From assembly GCA_963808655.1 (NCBI GenBank), contig CAWEGZ010000013.1, positions 2,433 to 66,432 of the forward strand: DNA of 64,000 bases, in the 5' to 3' direction. Positions within the stretch are counted from its first letter, which is position 1; each line of letters starts with the position of its first letter. Origin of the DNA: an uncultured Solirubrobacterales bacterium (GTDB taxonomy: Bacteria; Actinomycetota; Thermoleophilia; Solirubrobacterales; Solirubrobacteraceae). Made by a program: the position numbers and the translations under genes. Positions 51,215 through 60,343 of the stretch are shown piece by piece. The notes beneath the pieces were generated by a model. It had not been told where the DNA came from, made no database searches, and saw only the letters and a program-made list of their open reading frames with translations.

Positions 51215-52390
51215 GTGCCTGAGCGACCCGAACTCCCCGAGGCGCTGCGCGCCGCGCTCGCGCAACTGGCTCAAGCGGAGATTCCGGAGGTTCTCTCCGA
51301 GGCGCGAGCACTCGCGCGCGCCCGCGCCAAGGCGGCGATCGAGGACGCCATGGTGGAGGAACTGCTGCGGGCGGCCGCCGCGTCTGAAAGCTTCCGATAC
51401 CGCGCCCGGAGCGAGCCTGGCGAACCACCGAGTCACCGAAACGAGCGCAGGCCGGCGCGGCCAGAGCGCCATGAACCCGAGCTGCCCGCACCCCCCGCGC
51501 ACAACGAGCGTGAGGGCCCCGAGCCCGCCGCACCCGCCGCGCGCACCGACGGCGAGGGCCCCGAGCCGCCTCGCGGTGAGGCGTGGTGGGCCTACTGCAT
51601 AGTCGCCGACCCCAATGCCGCCCCGCTCGGAGCTCCCGGAGTCGAGCGGGAGCGCGAAGTGGAGCTCGTTCAAGAAGGGGAGCTCGTCGCCTTGGTCAGC
51701 GCAGTCCCCCTCAGCGAATACAGCGATGACCGCCTGCGTGAGCACCTCAACGACATCGAGTGGGTGGAGCGAGTCGCGCGAGCCCACGAGCGCGTGCTCG
51801 ACCAGACCCTCGAGAGGGCGACGATCCTGCCGCTGCGCCTGTGCACGCTCTACCGAGACCAGGAGGGCGTGCGCCGCATGCTCGTCGAGCAACAGCGGCT
51901 GCTGCTCGACGAGTTGTCTGAGCTCGAAGGACGCAGGGAATGGGGGGCCAAAGTGTTCGTCGACCAGGACCGCTTGGCGGCGACCCTCGCCGAGGTATCC
52001 GACGCGGAAGGCGTCGAGGGAGATGCGACCGAGGCCGGTCGAGGACGCTCGGCGGGCGCCGCCTACATGTCTCGGCTCGGGCGCGCGCGCAAGGCTTCTG
52101 AGCAACTGCAGGAGTTCGGCGACTCCGTCGTACAGGAGATCCATGCCCAGCTCGAAGCCGTCGCCGACAAGGCGCGCGCCAATCCGCTCCAGCGTCCCGA
52201 GCTGCATGGCCGCAACGAGCAGATGCTGCTCAACGGCGCTTACCTGGTGAGTCGCGAGCACGAGCAGGAGCTTGCGCAGGTGGCAGACTCGTTGCGGGAG
52301 CGGTGGAGCGCGAGCGGCTTCCAGCTCGAGTTGACGGGCCCCTGGCCTCCCTACAACTTCGTCTCGCCGTCGGCCATGGTGGCGCCGTGA
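51215..52390 (+). CDS. gvpL: Gas vesicle protein, GvpL/GvpF family, with N-terminal extension
   Basis: WWAYCIV, AHERVL, ILPLRL, EWGAKV, LNGAYLV, TGPWPPYNFV. Confidence 0.8.
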   Translation: MPERPELPEALRAALAQLAQAEIPEVLSEARALARARAKAAIEDAMVEELLRAAAASESFRYRARSEPGEPPSHRNERRPARPERHEPELPAPPAHNEREGPEPAAPAARTDGEGPEPPRGEAWWAYCIVADPNAAPLGAPGVEREREVELVQEGELVALVSAVPLSEYSDDRLREHLNDIEWVERVARAHERVLDQTLERATILPLRLCTLYRDQEGVRRMLVEQQRLLLDELSELEGRREWGAKVFVDQDRLAATLAEVSDAEGVEGDATEAGRGRSAGAAYMSRLGRARKASEQLQEFGDSVVQEIHAQLEAVADKARANPLQRPELHGRNEQMLLNGAYLVSREHEQELAQVADSLRERWSASGFQLELTGPWPPYNFVSPSAMVAP

Positions 52391-52644
52391 GCCCCCATGC
52401 CCACCGCATCTCGCCTCGGTCGGAGAGCCCTCATCCCCACCGCAGCTCACCTCCCCCCTCGGCGACGCGGCAAAAAGACATCGCCCTGATCGACCTTCTC
52501 GACCGCCTGCTCGACGGCGGAGTCGTGCTCGCCGGCGACATCACGCTCGCAGTTGCGGACGTTGACCTCGTTTACGTGGGGCTCCGCGCCCTCGTCTCCT
52601 CGGTCGCCGCTGCGGAACGCCAAGGGGTGCCCCTGCCGCGGTGA
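52387..52644 (+). CDS. Gas vesicle protein GvpS/GvpM-like (GvpA family)
   Basis: LIDLLDRLLDGGVVLAGDITLAVADVDLV. Confidence 0.8.
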   Translation: MSPHAHRISPRSESPHPHRSSPPPSATRQKDIALIDLLDRLLDGGVVLAGDITLAVADVDLVYVGLRALVSSVAAAERQGVPLPR

Positions 52645-53288
52645 TCTACGTATACGCGATCACCGACGCCATCGAGCTCCACGACGGGCCAAGCGGCCTG
52701 CACGACGGGCCGCTCCAGGCGATCGAACATGGGGGAATTGGCGGCGTCTTCTCCACGCACGACGAGCTGGAAGTCTCCTCCGATCCGGAGCTGCTCTGGG
52801 CGCATGAGCGCGTGGTGGATCACCTTATGGATCAAGTCGCAGTGCTGCCGCTGCGCTTCGGCTCCGTTTTGAGCGATCCTGAGGCGCTGCGCGCCGTCCT
52901 CGACGAGGACGGCGCGCGCTTCCGGCTGCTCCTCTCGCGGGTGCGGGGCTGCGTGGAGCTGGCCGTTCGGGTGGGCCTGGCTTCTTCGAAGCCGGGGGTC
53001 CTAGCGGGTGGGAGCGACTACATGCGGGAGAGGCTCGCCGCCCGACAGCGGGAGGAAGACGCCGCGGACCGGGTGCTCGCTCCACTCAGACCGCTCGCGA
53101 GAGCGACAGCGCGCCGATCCGTCCAAGCTGGAAACACGACCATCAGCGAGAGCTATCTGGTCCCGCGGGCGGCGGTCGAGCCCTTCGCCGCGGAGGTGAG
53201 AGCTCTGCAGGCGCGAAACCCCGGCCTCTCCATCAGCTGTACCGGGCCGTGGGGGCCATACTCGTTCGTGGACGGAGGCGGGAGATGA
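52641..53288 (+). CDS. Third GvpL/GvpF family protein
   Basis: IYVYAI, AHERVV, VLPLRFG, TGPWGPYSFV. Confidence 0.82.
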   Translation: MIYVYAITDAIELHDGPSGLHDGPLQAIEHGGIGGVFSTHDELEVSSDPELLWAHERVVDHLMDQVAVLPLRFGSVLSDPEALRAVLDEDGARFRLLLSRVRGCVELAVRVGLASSKPGVLAGGSDYMRERLAARQREEDAADRVLAPLRPLARATARRSVQAGNTTISESYLVPRAAVEPFAAEVRALQARNPGLSISCTGPWGPYSFVDGGGR

Positions 53289-53626
53289 GTTTCGACAAGG
53301 TTCTCGTCGAGCCGCCCGACAACAGCGCGTTCCCAGAGCGGCGACCGCTGGAAGAGGCGCTGTCGCGGCGAATCAACGCGGACCCGGAAGGCGTCGAGAA
53401 AGGCCTTGCCCAGCTGGTGCTAACGATCGTGGAGCTGCTCCGGCAGTTGATGGAGCGTCAGGCGCTCCACCGGGTCGAACTCGGCACTCTGAGCGAAGAG
53501 GAGATCGAGCGTATGGGCGAGACGTTTATGGCCCTCGCGCAGCGAATGGACGAACTCAAGGAACAGTTCGGTCTAGACGATCGAGACCTGAATCTGGATC
53601 TCGGACCGTTGGGAACCCTGCTCTAA
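53285..53626 (+). CDS. gvpK: Gas vesicle protein GvpK
   Basis: GLAQLVLTIVELLRQLMERQA...LNLDLGPLG. Confidence 0.9.
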   Translation: MSFDKVLVEPPDNSAFPERRPLEEALSRRINADPEGVEKGLAQLVLTIVELLRQLMERQALHRVELGTLSEEEIERMGETFMALAQRMDELKEQFGLDDRDLNLDLGPLGTLL

Positions 53627-53635
53627 GGAGGAGCA

Positions 53636-53860
53636 ATGCCGATCACGCAAGCACACGAGCGCTACATGCAGGTCCTGTTCGACAAGATCAACCAGGACAA
53701 GTACCCCAGCGGTGAGTTGATGGACAGGATCGAGACCGTGCTGGACCGCGAGCACGTCGACGAATACCTCGCCCTGCTCTTCCAAAAGGTCGAGGAGTGC
53801 CGCTACCCGAGCAAGCAGATGCTCGATCGCATCGTCAGATTCGTGCTGAGCGGCTCCTGA
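53636..53860 (+). CDS. 74-aa two-repeat hypothetical protein at the end of the gvp operon
   Basis: AAGGAGGAG RBS; internal repeat YMQVLFDKINQDKYPSGELMDRI / YLALLFQKVEECRYPSKQMLDRI. Confidence 0.75.
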   Translation: MPITQAHERYMQVLFDKINQDKYPSGELMDRIETVLDREHVDEYLALLFQKVEECRYPSKQMLDRIVRFVLSGS

Positions 53861-53986
53861 GGCGGGCGCGCCCAGCCGGGCGGGGGGATCTCACCAAGGA
53901 CGTTCCGTGGCGAACCGGGCAGTCTGGGGCCGCAGGCTTTCCCAGCCGTCAGATCGGCATACGCAGCTCGCCACTGAACCGCCGCG

Positions 53987-55177
53987 TCAGGCGCTTTTCG
54001 CACGAGCACGAGGTGACTTACTTGACCGAGCCGGCGCACGCCGGCGTGGCGCCCGCTTAGGAGCCGCTCGCCGCTTGGGCTTCGGCGCGGGCTCTTCCTC
54101 GGGCTCGTCCTCGAACTCACCCTCGTCTTCGACCTCGGCCTCAGGTATCTCCTCGGCTTCGGGTTCCTCGTCGCCCTCTGCTTCGGGTTCCTCTTCCACC
54201 TCGCCCTCATTGAGCTCGTCTTCGCCGTATTCGTCCTCTTCGGACTCCTGCGCGCGTGAGGACCTCCTACGCCGACGCGGGGCCTCGCCTTGATCGCTGG
54301 AACGCGTCGAGCCTCCGTCTTCGTCCTCGCGTTCGAGTTCATCCATCTCGGCCTGCGCCTTGAACCGGGCGAGGTCGGACCGCAGGGGGCGCTTGCGCGA
54401 CTGCAGCGCGGAGAGCGCCTTGGATGCGATGTTCTGGGGCTGCTCGTCGTAGGAAACCATCACGCGCGTCAGACGGTCGTCGAGCCGGTGGAATGTGACG
54501 ACAGCCGTGGCGCTTTCGTCGCCGCTCGTCCACACGATCCGCTCGTTCTCCTGCTCCTCGACCACCTCGCCGCCGGAGAGCAGCTCGGCGAAGTCATCGA
54601 GCTGGATGAACCGTTCGTAGGTCCGCTCCAGTGGAACGGCCACATCGACCGACTCCTGCACCGGAACACGCTCTGAGCTTTTCTGGTCGGCGCCGTCCCC
54701 TCTGCCCAGCTGCTTGAGCTTCGACAGCCCGCCGCCTTCCGACGCCGAGGAAAGAGTTCCCCGGGCGAATGCGCCGGCGCCGCCGGCCTCTTCGATGTTC
54801 GATCCCAGCTCTTTGAGCTTCGGCAGCACGCTTTCCAGCGCGACCTCGGGAGCCTTTTTCACGGCGTACTTAGCCGCACTGCGCGTTGCGCTGACCATAA
54901 TTGGTCTCAGCACTTCCATCGCCGTTTCGCGGACGATCGAGCCGAGCTCCTCGCGCACCGTCGTTGGTTCCTGCCGGTCGCTGTTCGATTCCCGGTCCCG
55001 GCCGCCCTGCACCTCGTCCGCCGCCTCGCCGGGTGCGTCGGCAACGCCCTTGGCCGTGCCGCTCACCGTCGAGCCCGCTTCATCCACTGCCTTGCCAGCG
55101 CCGCGACGAGTTTGCTCACCCGCCGCTCCGGCGCGCCTGCGTATGCCTCGCCCGCCGCGTGATTTCTGATCCGCCAT
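53987..55177 (-). CDS. SRPBCC (START/cyclase-fold) protein with acidic tract and basic tail
   Basis: AAGGAGG RBS; VQESVDVAVP...ENERIVW...VTFHRLDDRLTRV...DLARFK; Glu-rich then Arg/Lys-rich C-terminus. Confidence 0.75.
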   Translation of the reverse strand: MADQKSRGGRGIRRRAGAAGEQTRRGAGKAVDEAGSTVSGTAKGVADAPGEAADEVQGGRDRESNSDRQEPTTVREELGSIVRETAMEVLRPIMVSATRSAAKYAVKKAPEVALESVLPKLKELGSNIEEAGGAGAFARGTLSSASEGGGLSKLKQLGRGDGADQKSSERVPVQESVDVAVPLERTYERFIQLDDFAELLSGGEVVEEQENERIVWTSGDESATAVVTFHRLDDRLTRVMVSYDEQPQNIASKALSALQSRKRPLRSDLARFKAQAEMDELEREDEDGGSTRSSDQGEAPRRRRRSSRAQESEEDEYGEDELNEGEVEEEPEAEGDEEPEAEEIPEAEVEDEGEFEDEPEEEPAPKPKRRAAPKRAPRRRAPARSSKSPRARAKSA

Positions 55178-55268
55178 CGATCCTCCTTCTCCTCCGTGTC
55201 TACCCACCCGGAAGGGGTATGGCTTCCGTCGCCACCCGCATGGGCCTGGCTTCCGTTCGCGAGGAACC

Positions 55269-55292
55269 TACCCCCGCGGTTTGGCGATAAAC
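55269..55292 (-). promoter_or_regulatory. SigB/SigF-type promoter GTTT-N15-GGGTA for the 55177 SRPBCC gene
   Basis: Plus strand taccc (55269-55273) and aaac (55289-55292). Confidence 0.6.
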
Positions 55293-55349
55293 GATGCTGC
55301 CGACCGTCCCCCCAGCCGGGGGGCGGGGGCTAGGTCGTTTGGCGAACCC

Positions 55350-56039
55350 CTACGCGGGAGACGACGCCAAACCACCTTCGCGTCCGGCGTCGCCATCACG
55401 ACGGGAGTCCTTCGAGCGATCCTCGTCGTCATTTTTGCTGCCGCCTCGCCGGAACAACATCCAGATGCCGACTACGAGCAAAGCTATGAGCGCGGCCACT
55501 GGCGAAATTAGGAGCGCCACGAGCGCGCCCACAAGCAAAGCCACGCCAAGCGTCGCGACGAGCCACCAGAACCCGAAGCCGCGCTCCCCCATCAGCGCGG
55601 AGGTGAGCAATCCCGACAGCCACCGGAGCGGGCCAGGCAGCCGTTTGGCGAGCATGGCCCCCGCTACCATCGCCCCGATCTTCCGCAGGGCGCCCCCGTG
55701 GTCGCTGACGAGCGCGTCGAACGCGTCTAGAAGCTTCTGTCCGAGCCGCTTCAGCGGTGTAAAGAGGCGCGAGAACCACGACTGATCCGCACCTCCCCGC
55801 CGTCGGGCGGCGGCTCTGTCCGTTGAGGCGGCTGGTCGGGGCGTTGAGGCGCCGGGTCGGAGCCGCGAGCCCGCGGGTTCTCTCCCCTTCGAGGCGCCGC
55901 GCCGGGGCTGCTCACCGGCGGAGGCTCTTGCCCGAGGGCGCGCGGCAGCGGCGCGGCTGCTGCCACGGCGAGCCTGTCGGGCCTTGACGGCGTCCGTCAG
56001 CGTCCGCGGGGGTGAGGGTTCATTGGGAGCAGTGGTCAT
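55350..56039 (-). CDS. Hypothetical membrane protein with Arg-rich disordered N-terminus
   Basis: Hydrophobic hairpin FWWLVATLGVALLVGALVALLISPVAALIALLVVGIWML. Confidence 0.6.
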   Translation of the reverse strand: MTTAPNEPSPPRTLTDAVKARQARRGSSRAAAARPRARASAGEQPRRGASKGREPAGSRLRPGASTPRPAASTDRAAARRRGGADQSWFSRLFTPLKRLGQKLLDAFDALVSDHGGALRKIGAMVAGAMLAKRLPGPLRWLSGLLTSALMGERGFGFWWLVATLGVALLVGALVALLISPVAALIALLVVGIWMLFRRGGSKNDDEDRSKDSRRDGDAGREGGLASSPA

Positions 56040-56122
56040 GCGCTGCGCAGCGTCTACCCGCTGATGGAAACGTCCAAGCGCGCACGAGGTTTTGCAACGA
56101 CCCCCGCGCTTAGACGCCCCGC

Positions 56123-56174
56123 GGCACGTCGCTCCGGCACGTCACTCAGGCACGTCGCTCCGGCACGTCACTCA
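56123..56174. repeat. 4 x 13-bp tandem repeat GGCACGTC(G/A)CTC(C/A) in a divergent promoter region
   Basis: ggcacgtcgctcc ggcacgtcactca ggcacgtcgctcc ggcacgtcactca. Confidence 0.85.
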
Positions 56175-56204
56175 TTTTCCCGCGCTCGCGCGCGAGGGGA
56201 CGGG

Positions 56205-56229
56205 GTTTGCCGCATCCGGCGGCCGGGTA
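56205..56229 (+). promoter_or_regulatory. SigB/SigF-type promoter GTTT-N16-GGGTA for the 56280 SRPBCC gene
   Basis: GTTT at 56205-56208, GGGTA at 56225-56229. Confidence 0.65.
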
Positions 56230-56279
56230 CGCAGGACAGTCAAGCAAGACCACCATTCAAGGCAGGAGGACCGAGATAG

Positions 56280-57749
56280 ATGGCTGAAGAGGATCCGAGG
56301 TCAGAGGCAGACGACAACGCCGACGAGACGACGGAAGAGAACGGCGGCAATGGCGACGGCCAGGGCAGCGGGTCCGTCGTCGACGAATTGACCAACGCCG
56401 TCCGCGAAGCGGCGATGGAGGTGCTGGGTCCGGCAGCGCGCGAAGCCACCAGTTCGGCGGCCAAGTACGCCGTGAAAAAGGGCCCCGAGATGATGGTCAA
56501 GAACGTTATGCCCGCGATACAGGAGAGGGGAGGACCGGGCGAGCTGCTCAAGCAGGCCACCGGGGGCGGCGGAGGCGGAGGCGGCATCGTCGGCATGGCC
56601 GGAAAGGCCCTGTCCAAGGTGACCGGTGGCGGCGGTGGTGGCAAGGGCGGCGGCGCTACGGGCTTTGGTCAGGGACGCCGGATCATGGTGCAGCAGGTCC
56701 AGTACATCCCTGTCAACGTCAAGGACGTCTACCGGGCTTGGACGGAGAGCGAGTGGCCGGAGTACATGCACCGCGTCAACACGCTTGACCGCAAGATCGA
56801 GGATGACTCTGCTAGCTACGCGATCGGCGTGAAGGGCCTGTGGTTCAAGAAGAACTTCACCGCCGAGGTCCAAGAGCAGGTGCCGTTCAAGTTCATCGCG
56901 TGGCGCACCACCCAAGGCGACATCAAGAACACCGGGCGCGTGAGCTTCATCGAGCAGGGCGAGGGCTTGACCCTGATGATCCTGAACCTCGACATGGCTC
57001 CATCCGGGCTGCGCGAGAAGTGGGTTCGCGGCTTTCGCTACCACAAGCGCGGCATCCGCTCAGACTTCCACCGCTTCGCGGCCTGGGTGCAGATGCGCAC
57101 TCAAGACGAGCTCGACGAGATGGAGGGCTGGCTTGGGACCATCGAGGGCGGCGAGATCACCCAGAGCCACGAGGAGTACGTCGAGGAGCACGAGGAGGAG
57201 CAGAACCGCGGCCAGGACTCCGACGAGTCCGAAGACCAGGGCGACTACGAAGAGGAGCCTGAGGGCGAGTCCGGGGAGGAGCCCGAGGGCGAATACGAAG
57301 AGGAGCCCGAGGGCGAATACGAAGAGGAGCCCGAGGACGAGGGCGAGGCGGAGCCCGAGGACGAGGGCGAGGCGGAGTCTGAAGGCGAGGGCGAGGCGGA
57401 GCCTGAAGGCGAGGGCGAGGAGGAGCCTGAAGGCGAGGGCGAGGAGGAGCCCGAAGCTGAGGCCGCGGAGGAGCCCGAAGCTGAGGCCGCGGAGGAGCCC
57501 GAAGCTGAGGCCGCGGAAGAGCCCGAAGCTGAGGCCGAGGAGGAACCCGAGCAGCCGCGACGGCGGCGGCGACGCCCAAGCGCGGAAGAGGAACCTGAGC
57601 AGCCGCGACGGCGGCGGCGGGCGTCCAGCGCTCAGCAGGAAGGCGAGCAAACCCCCACTCGGCGGCGGCGAAGCCAGAGTTCAGGCCGCGCGGCGTCGGG
57701 TACCCGCTCGGGACGCGGGCGCTCGTCGCGGTCCGGGCGCTCATCGTAG
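56280..57749 (+). CDS. SRPBCC (START/cyclase-fold) protein with Gly linkers, acidic repeat array and Arg/Ser tail
   Basis: AGGAGG RBS; VYRAWT..EWPEYMHRV...EQVPFKFIAW...TGRVSF...DFHRF. Confidence 0.78.
   Translation: MAEEDPRSEADDNADETTEENGGNGDGQGSGSVVDELTNAVREAAMEVLGPAAREATSSAAKYAVKKGPEMMVKNVMPAIQERGGPGELLKQATGGGGGGGGIVGMAGKALSKVTGGGGGGKGGGATGFGQGRRIMVQQVQYIPVNVKDVYRAWTESEWPEYMHRVNTLDRKIEDDSASYAIGVKGLWFKKNFTAEVQEQVPFKFIAWRTTQGDIKNTGRVSFIEQGEGLTLMILNLDMAPSGLREKWVRGFRYHKRGIRSDFHRFAAWVQMRTQDELDEMEGWLGTIEGGEITQSHEEYVEEHEEEQNRGQDSDESEDQGDYEEEPEGESGEEPEGEYEEEPEGEYEEEPEDEGEAEPEDEGEAESEGEGEAEPEGEGEEEPEGEGEEEPEAEAAEEPEAEAAEEPEAEAAEEPEAEAEEEPEQPRRRRRRPSAEEEPEQPRRRRRASSAQQEGEQTPTRRRRSQSSGRAASGTRSGRGRSSRSGRSS
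57249..57560 (+). repeat. 24-bp coding tandem array (EEEPEGEx-type octapeptide) x13
   Basis: Units EEEPEGES, GEEPEGEY, EEEPEGEY, EEEPEDEG, EAEPEDEG ... AEEPEAEA x3, EEEPEQPR. Confidence 0.85.
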
Positions 57750-57757
57750 ACGCGCTG

Positions 57758-57791
57758 CTCCGGCGCCCCGAGCTTGATCGGGGCGCCGGAG
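57758..57791 (+). terminator. Strong hairpin after the SRPBCC gene
   Basis: CTCCGGCGCCCCGA-gcttga-TCGGGGCGCCGGAG, perfect 14-bp stem. Confidence 0.65.
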
Positions 57792-57894
57792 TGGGGCCGT
57801 CGGCCGTACACAGGGCTGGCCAGGCCTAGACGCCCGCCGCATCCACGGGCGCATCGCTGGCGTCCAGCTGGCACACCCGTCAAGCTGTATAGGC

Positions 57895-58851
57895 GTGAAG
57901 ACGGCCACGACGACGCCGATGGTCCCGCCGGTAACGGGCGGCGAGGTGGAACCAAATCTCGAGCCCGCCGCGGCGGCACGCCGCGCGTTCAAGGACCTCG
58001 TGATCATCACGGGGTTCTCGGGCGCCGGCAAGTCGACCGCGATGGCCGCGTTCGAGGACGAGGGCTACTTCTGCGTCGACAACCTGCCCTCCGAGATGAT
58101 CCGCTCGCTGGTCGAGCTGTTCAGGCATGAGGGCTCCAAGGTGGCCCGCGCGGCGGTCGTCTCCGACGTGCGCGGCGGCAGCTACTTCGAGGGCCTGGCG
58201 ACGATTCTGGATGAGTTGCGCGCCAGCGATGTGCCTCACCGGGTGCTCTTCCTGGAGGCGGATGAGCAGACGCTTTTGACCCGCTACAAGGAGACTCGTC
58301 GACGCCACCCGCTTGCGCCGACGGGCAGCATCATCGAGGGGATCGCGCGCGAGCGCGAGCTCGTGCTGCCCTTGCGGGAGCGCGCCGACGTGGTGATCGA
58401 CACCGGCGGGTTGACCGCCGCGATGCTTCGGCGCAAGCTGGCGGAGGAGCTGCTGCCGACGCGGCCCAGCCGGCTGGCGATCACCTTCGAGAGCTTCGGC
58501 TTCAAGCACGGGCCCATTCGCGACGCCGATCTGATGCTCGACGTCCGCTTTCTGCCGAACCCTCACTACGAGCCCGACCTGAGGCCGCTGACCGGCGATG
58601 ACGGCGCCGTGCGCGAGTTCATGAACCGCGAGGGGGCGCTGGATGCCTTCTATGAGCGGCTCTATCCGCTGCTCGACTTCCTGCTGCCCCAATACTTGGC
58701 CGAGGGCAAAGCGCACCTGGTGGTCGCGATCGGCTGCACCGGTGGCCGCCACCGCTCAGTCGCGATTGCCCGCGACCTGGCAGGGCGCTACCGGGGCTCT
58801 GACGACTACCTCGTGGAGGCCGTCCACCGCGACGTCGCCCGGGCGATCTGA
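57895..58851 (+). CDS. rapZ: RNase adapter RapZ (YvcJ) P-loop protein
   Basis: TGFSGAGKS, FCVDNLP, TRRRHPL, SFGFKHG, DVRFLPNP, GCTGGRHRSV; exact start uncertain. Confidence 0.93.
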   Translation: MKTATTTPMVPPVTGGEVEPNLEPAAAARRAFKDLVIITGFSGAGKSTAMAAFEDEGYFCVDNLPSEMIRSLVELFRHEGSKVARAAVVSDVRGGSYFEGLATILDELRASDVPHRVLFLEADEQTLLTRYKETRRRHPLAPTGSIIEGIARERELVLPLRERADVVIDTGGLTAAMLRRKLAEELLPTRPSRLAITFESFGFKHGPIRDADLMLDVRFLPNPHYEPDLRPLTGDDGAVREFMNREGALDAFYERLYPLLDFLLPQYLAEGKAHLVVAIGCTGGRHRSVAIARDLAGRYRGSDDYLVEAVHRDVARAI

Positions 58852-58877
58852 CCGCGCACGCCCATACGATCGTGAAA

Positions 58878-59240
58878 GTGATCGATCACGTCGGCTTCGA
58901 GGTATCCGACCTGGAACGCGCGGCGCGGTTCTACGACGCGCTCGTGTTCCCGCTCGGAATCCGCCGGGTGTTTGCCAGTCCACACGCGGTCGCGTACGGG
59001 ATCGAGGGGCCGGTGCTGTGGATCGTGGTTCGCGGCCGCGCCCCGGCCCCCGGCTATGGCCATCTGGCGCTGGCGGCCAGCGGCAGGGTCGCGGTCGACG
59101 CCGCGTACCAAGCGGGGCTGGAGCACGGCGGTACCGGCGACGGGCCGCCCGGCCCTCGCCCCCAGTACGGCGACGGCTGCTACGCCGCGTATCTGCTCGA
59201 TCCCGATGGCCTTCGCGTGGAGGTAGTCGCGCGCCGGTGA
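58878..59240 (+). CDS. VOC/glyoxalase family protein
   Basis: IDHVGFEVSD, HLALAA, YAAYLLDPDG..VEVV; TACGAT 7 nt upstream of GTG 58878. Confidence 0.85.
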   Translation: MIDHVGFEVSDLERAARFYDALVFPLGIRRVFASPHAVAYGIEGPVLWIVVRGRAPAPGYGHLALAASGRVAVDAAYQAGLEHGGTGDGPPGPRPQYGDGCYAAYLLDPDGLRVEVVARR

Positions 59241-59306
59241 CGGTAGGCTTCCCCAGGTCGGCGTAAAGCCGGCATTCGCACTTTCTGGTCACGAAAAGGG
59301 GAGTAA

Positions 59307-60311
<1,005 letters not shown>

Positions 60312-60343
60312 GCGCGCCGGCTGGGCGCGGGGTGTGCGGTTAG

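Noticed and set aside
57249-57610. Regularly spaced repeats as a CRISPR or non-coding array
   Set aside because: They are in-frame 24-bp coding repeats without unique spacers.
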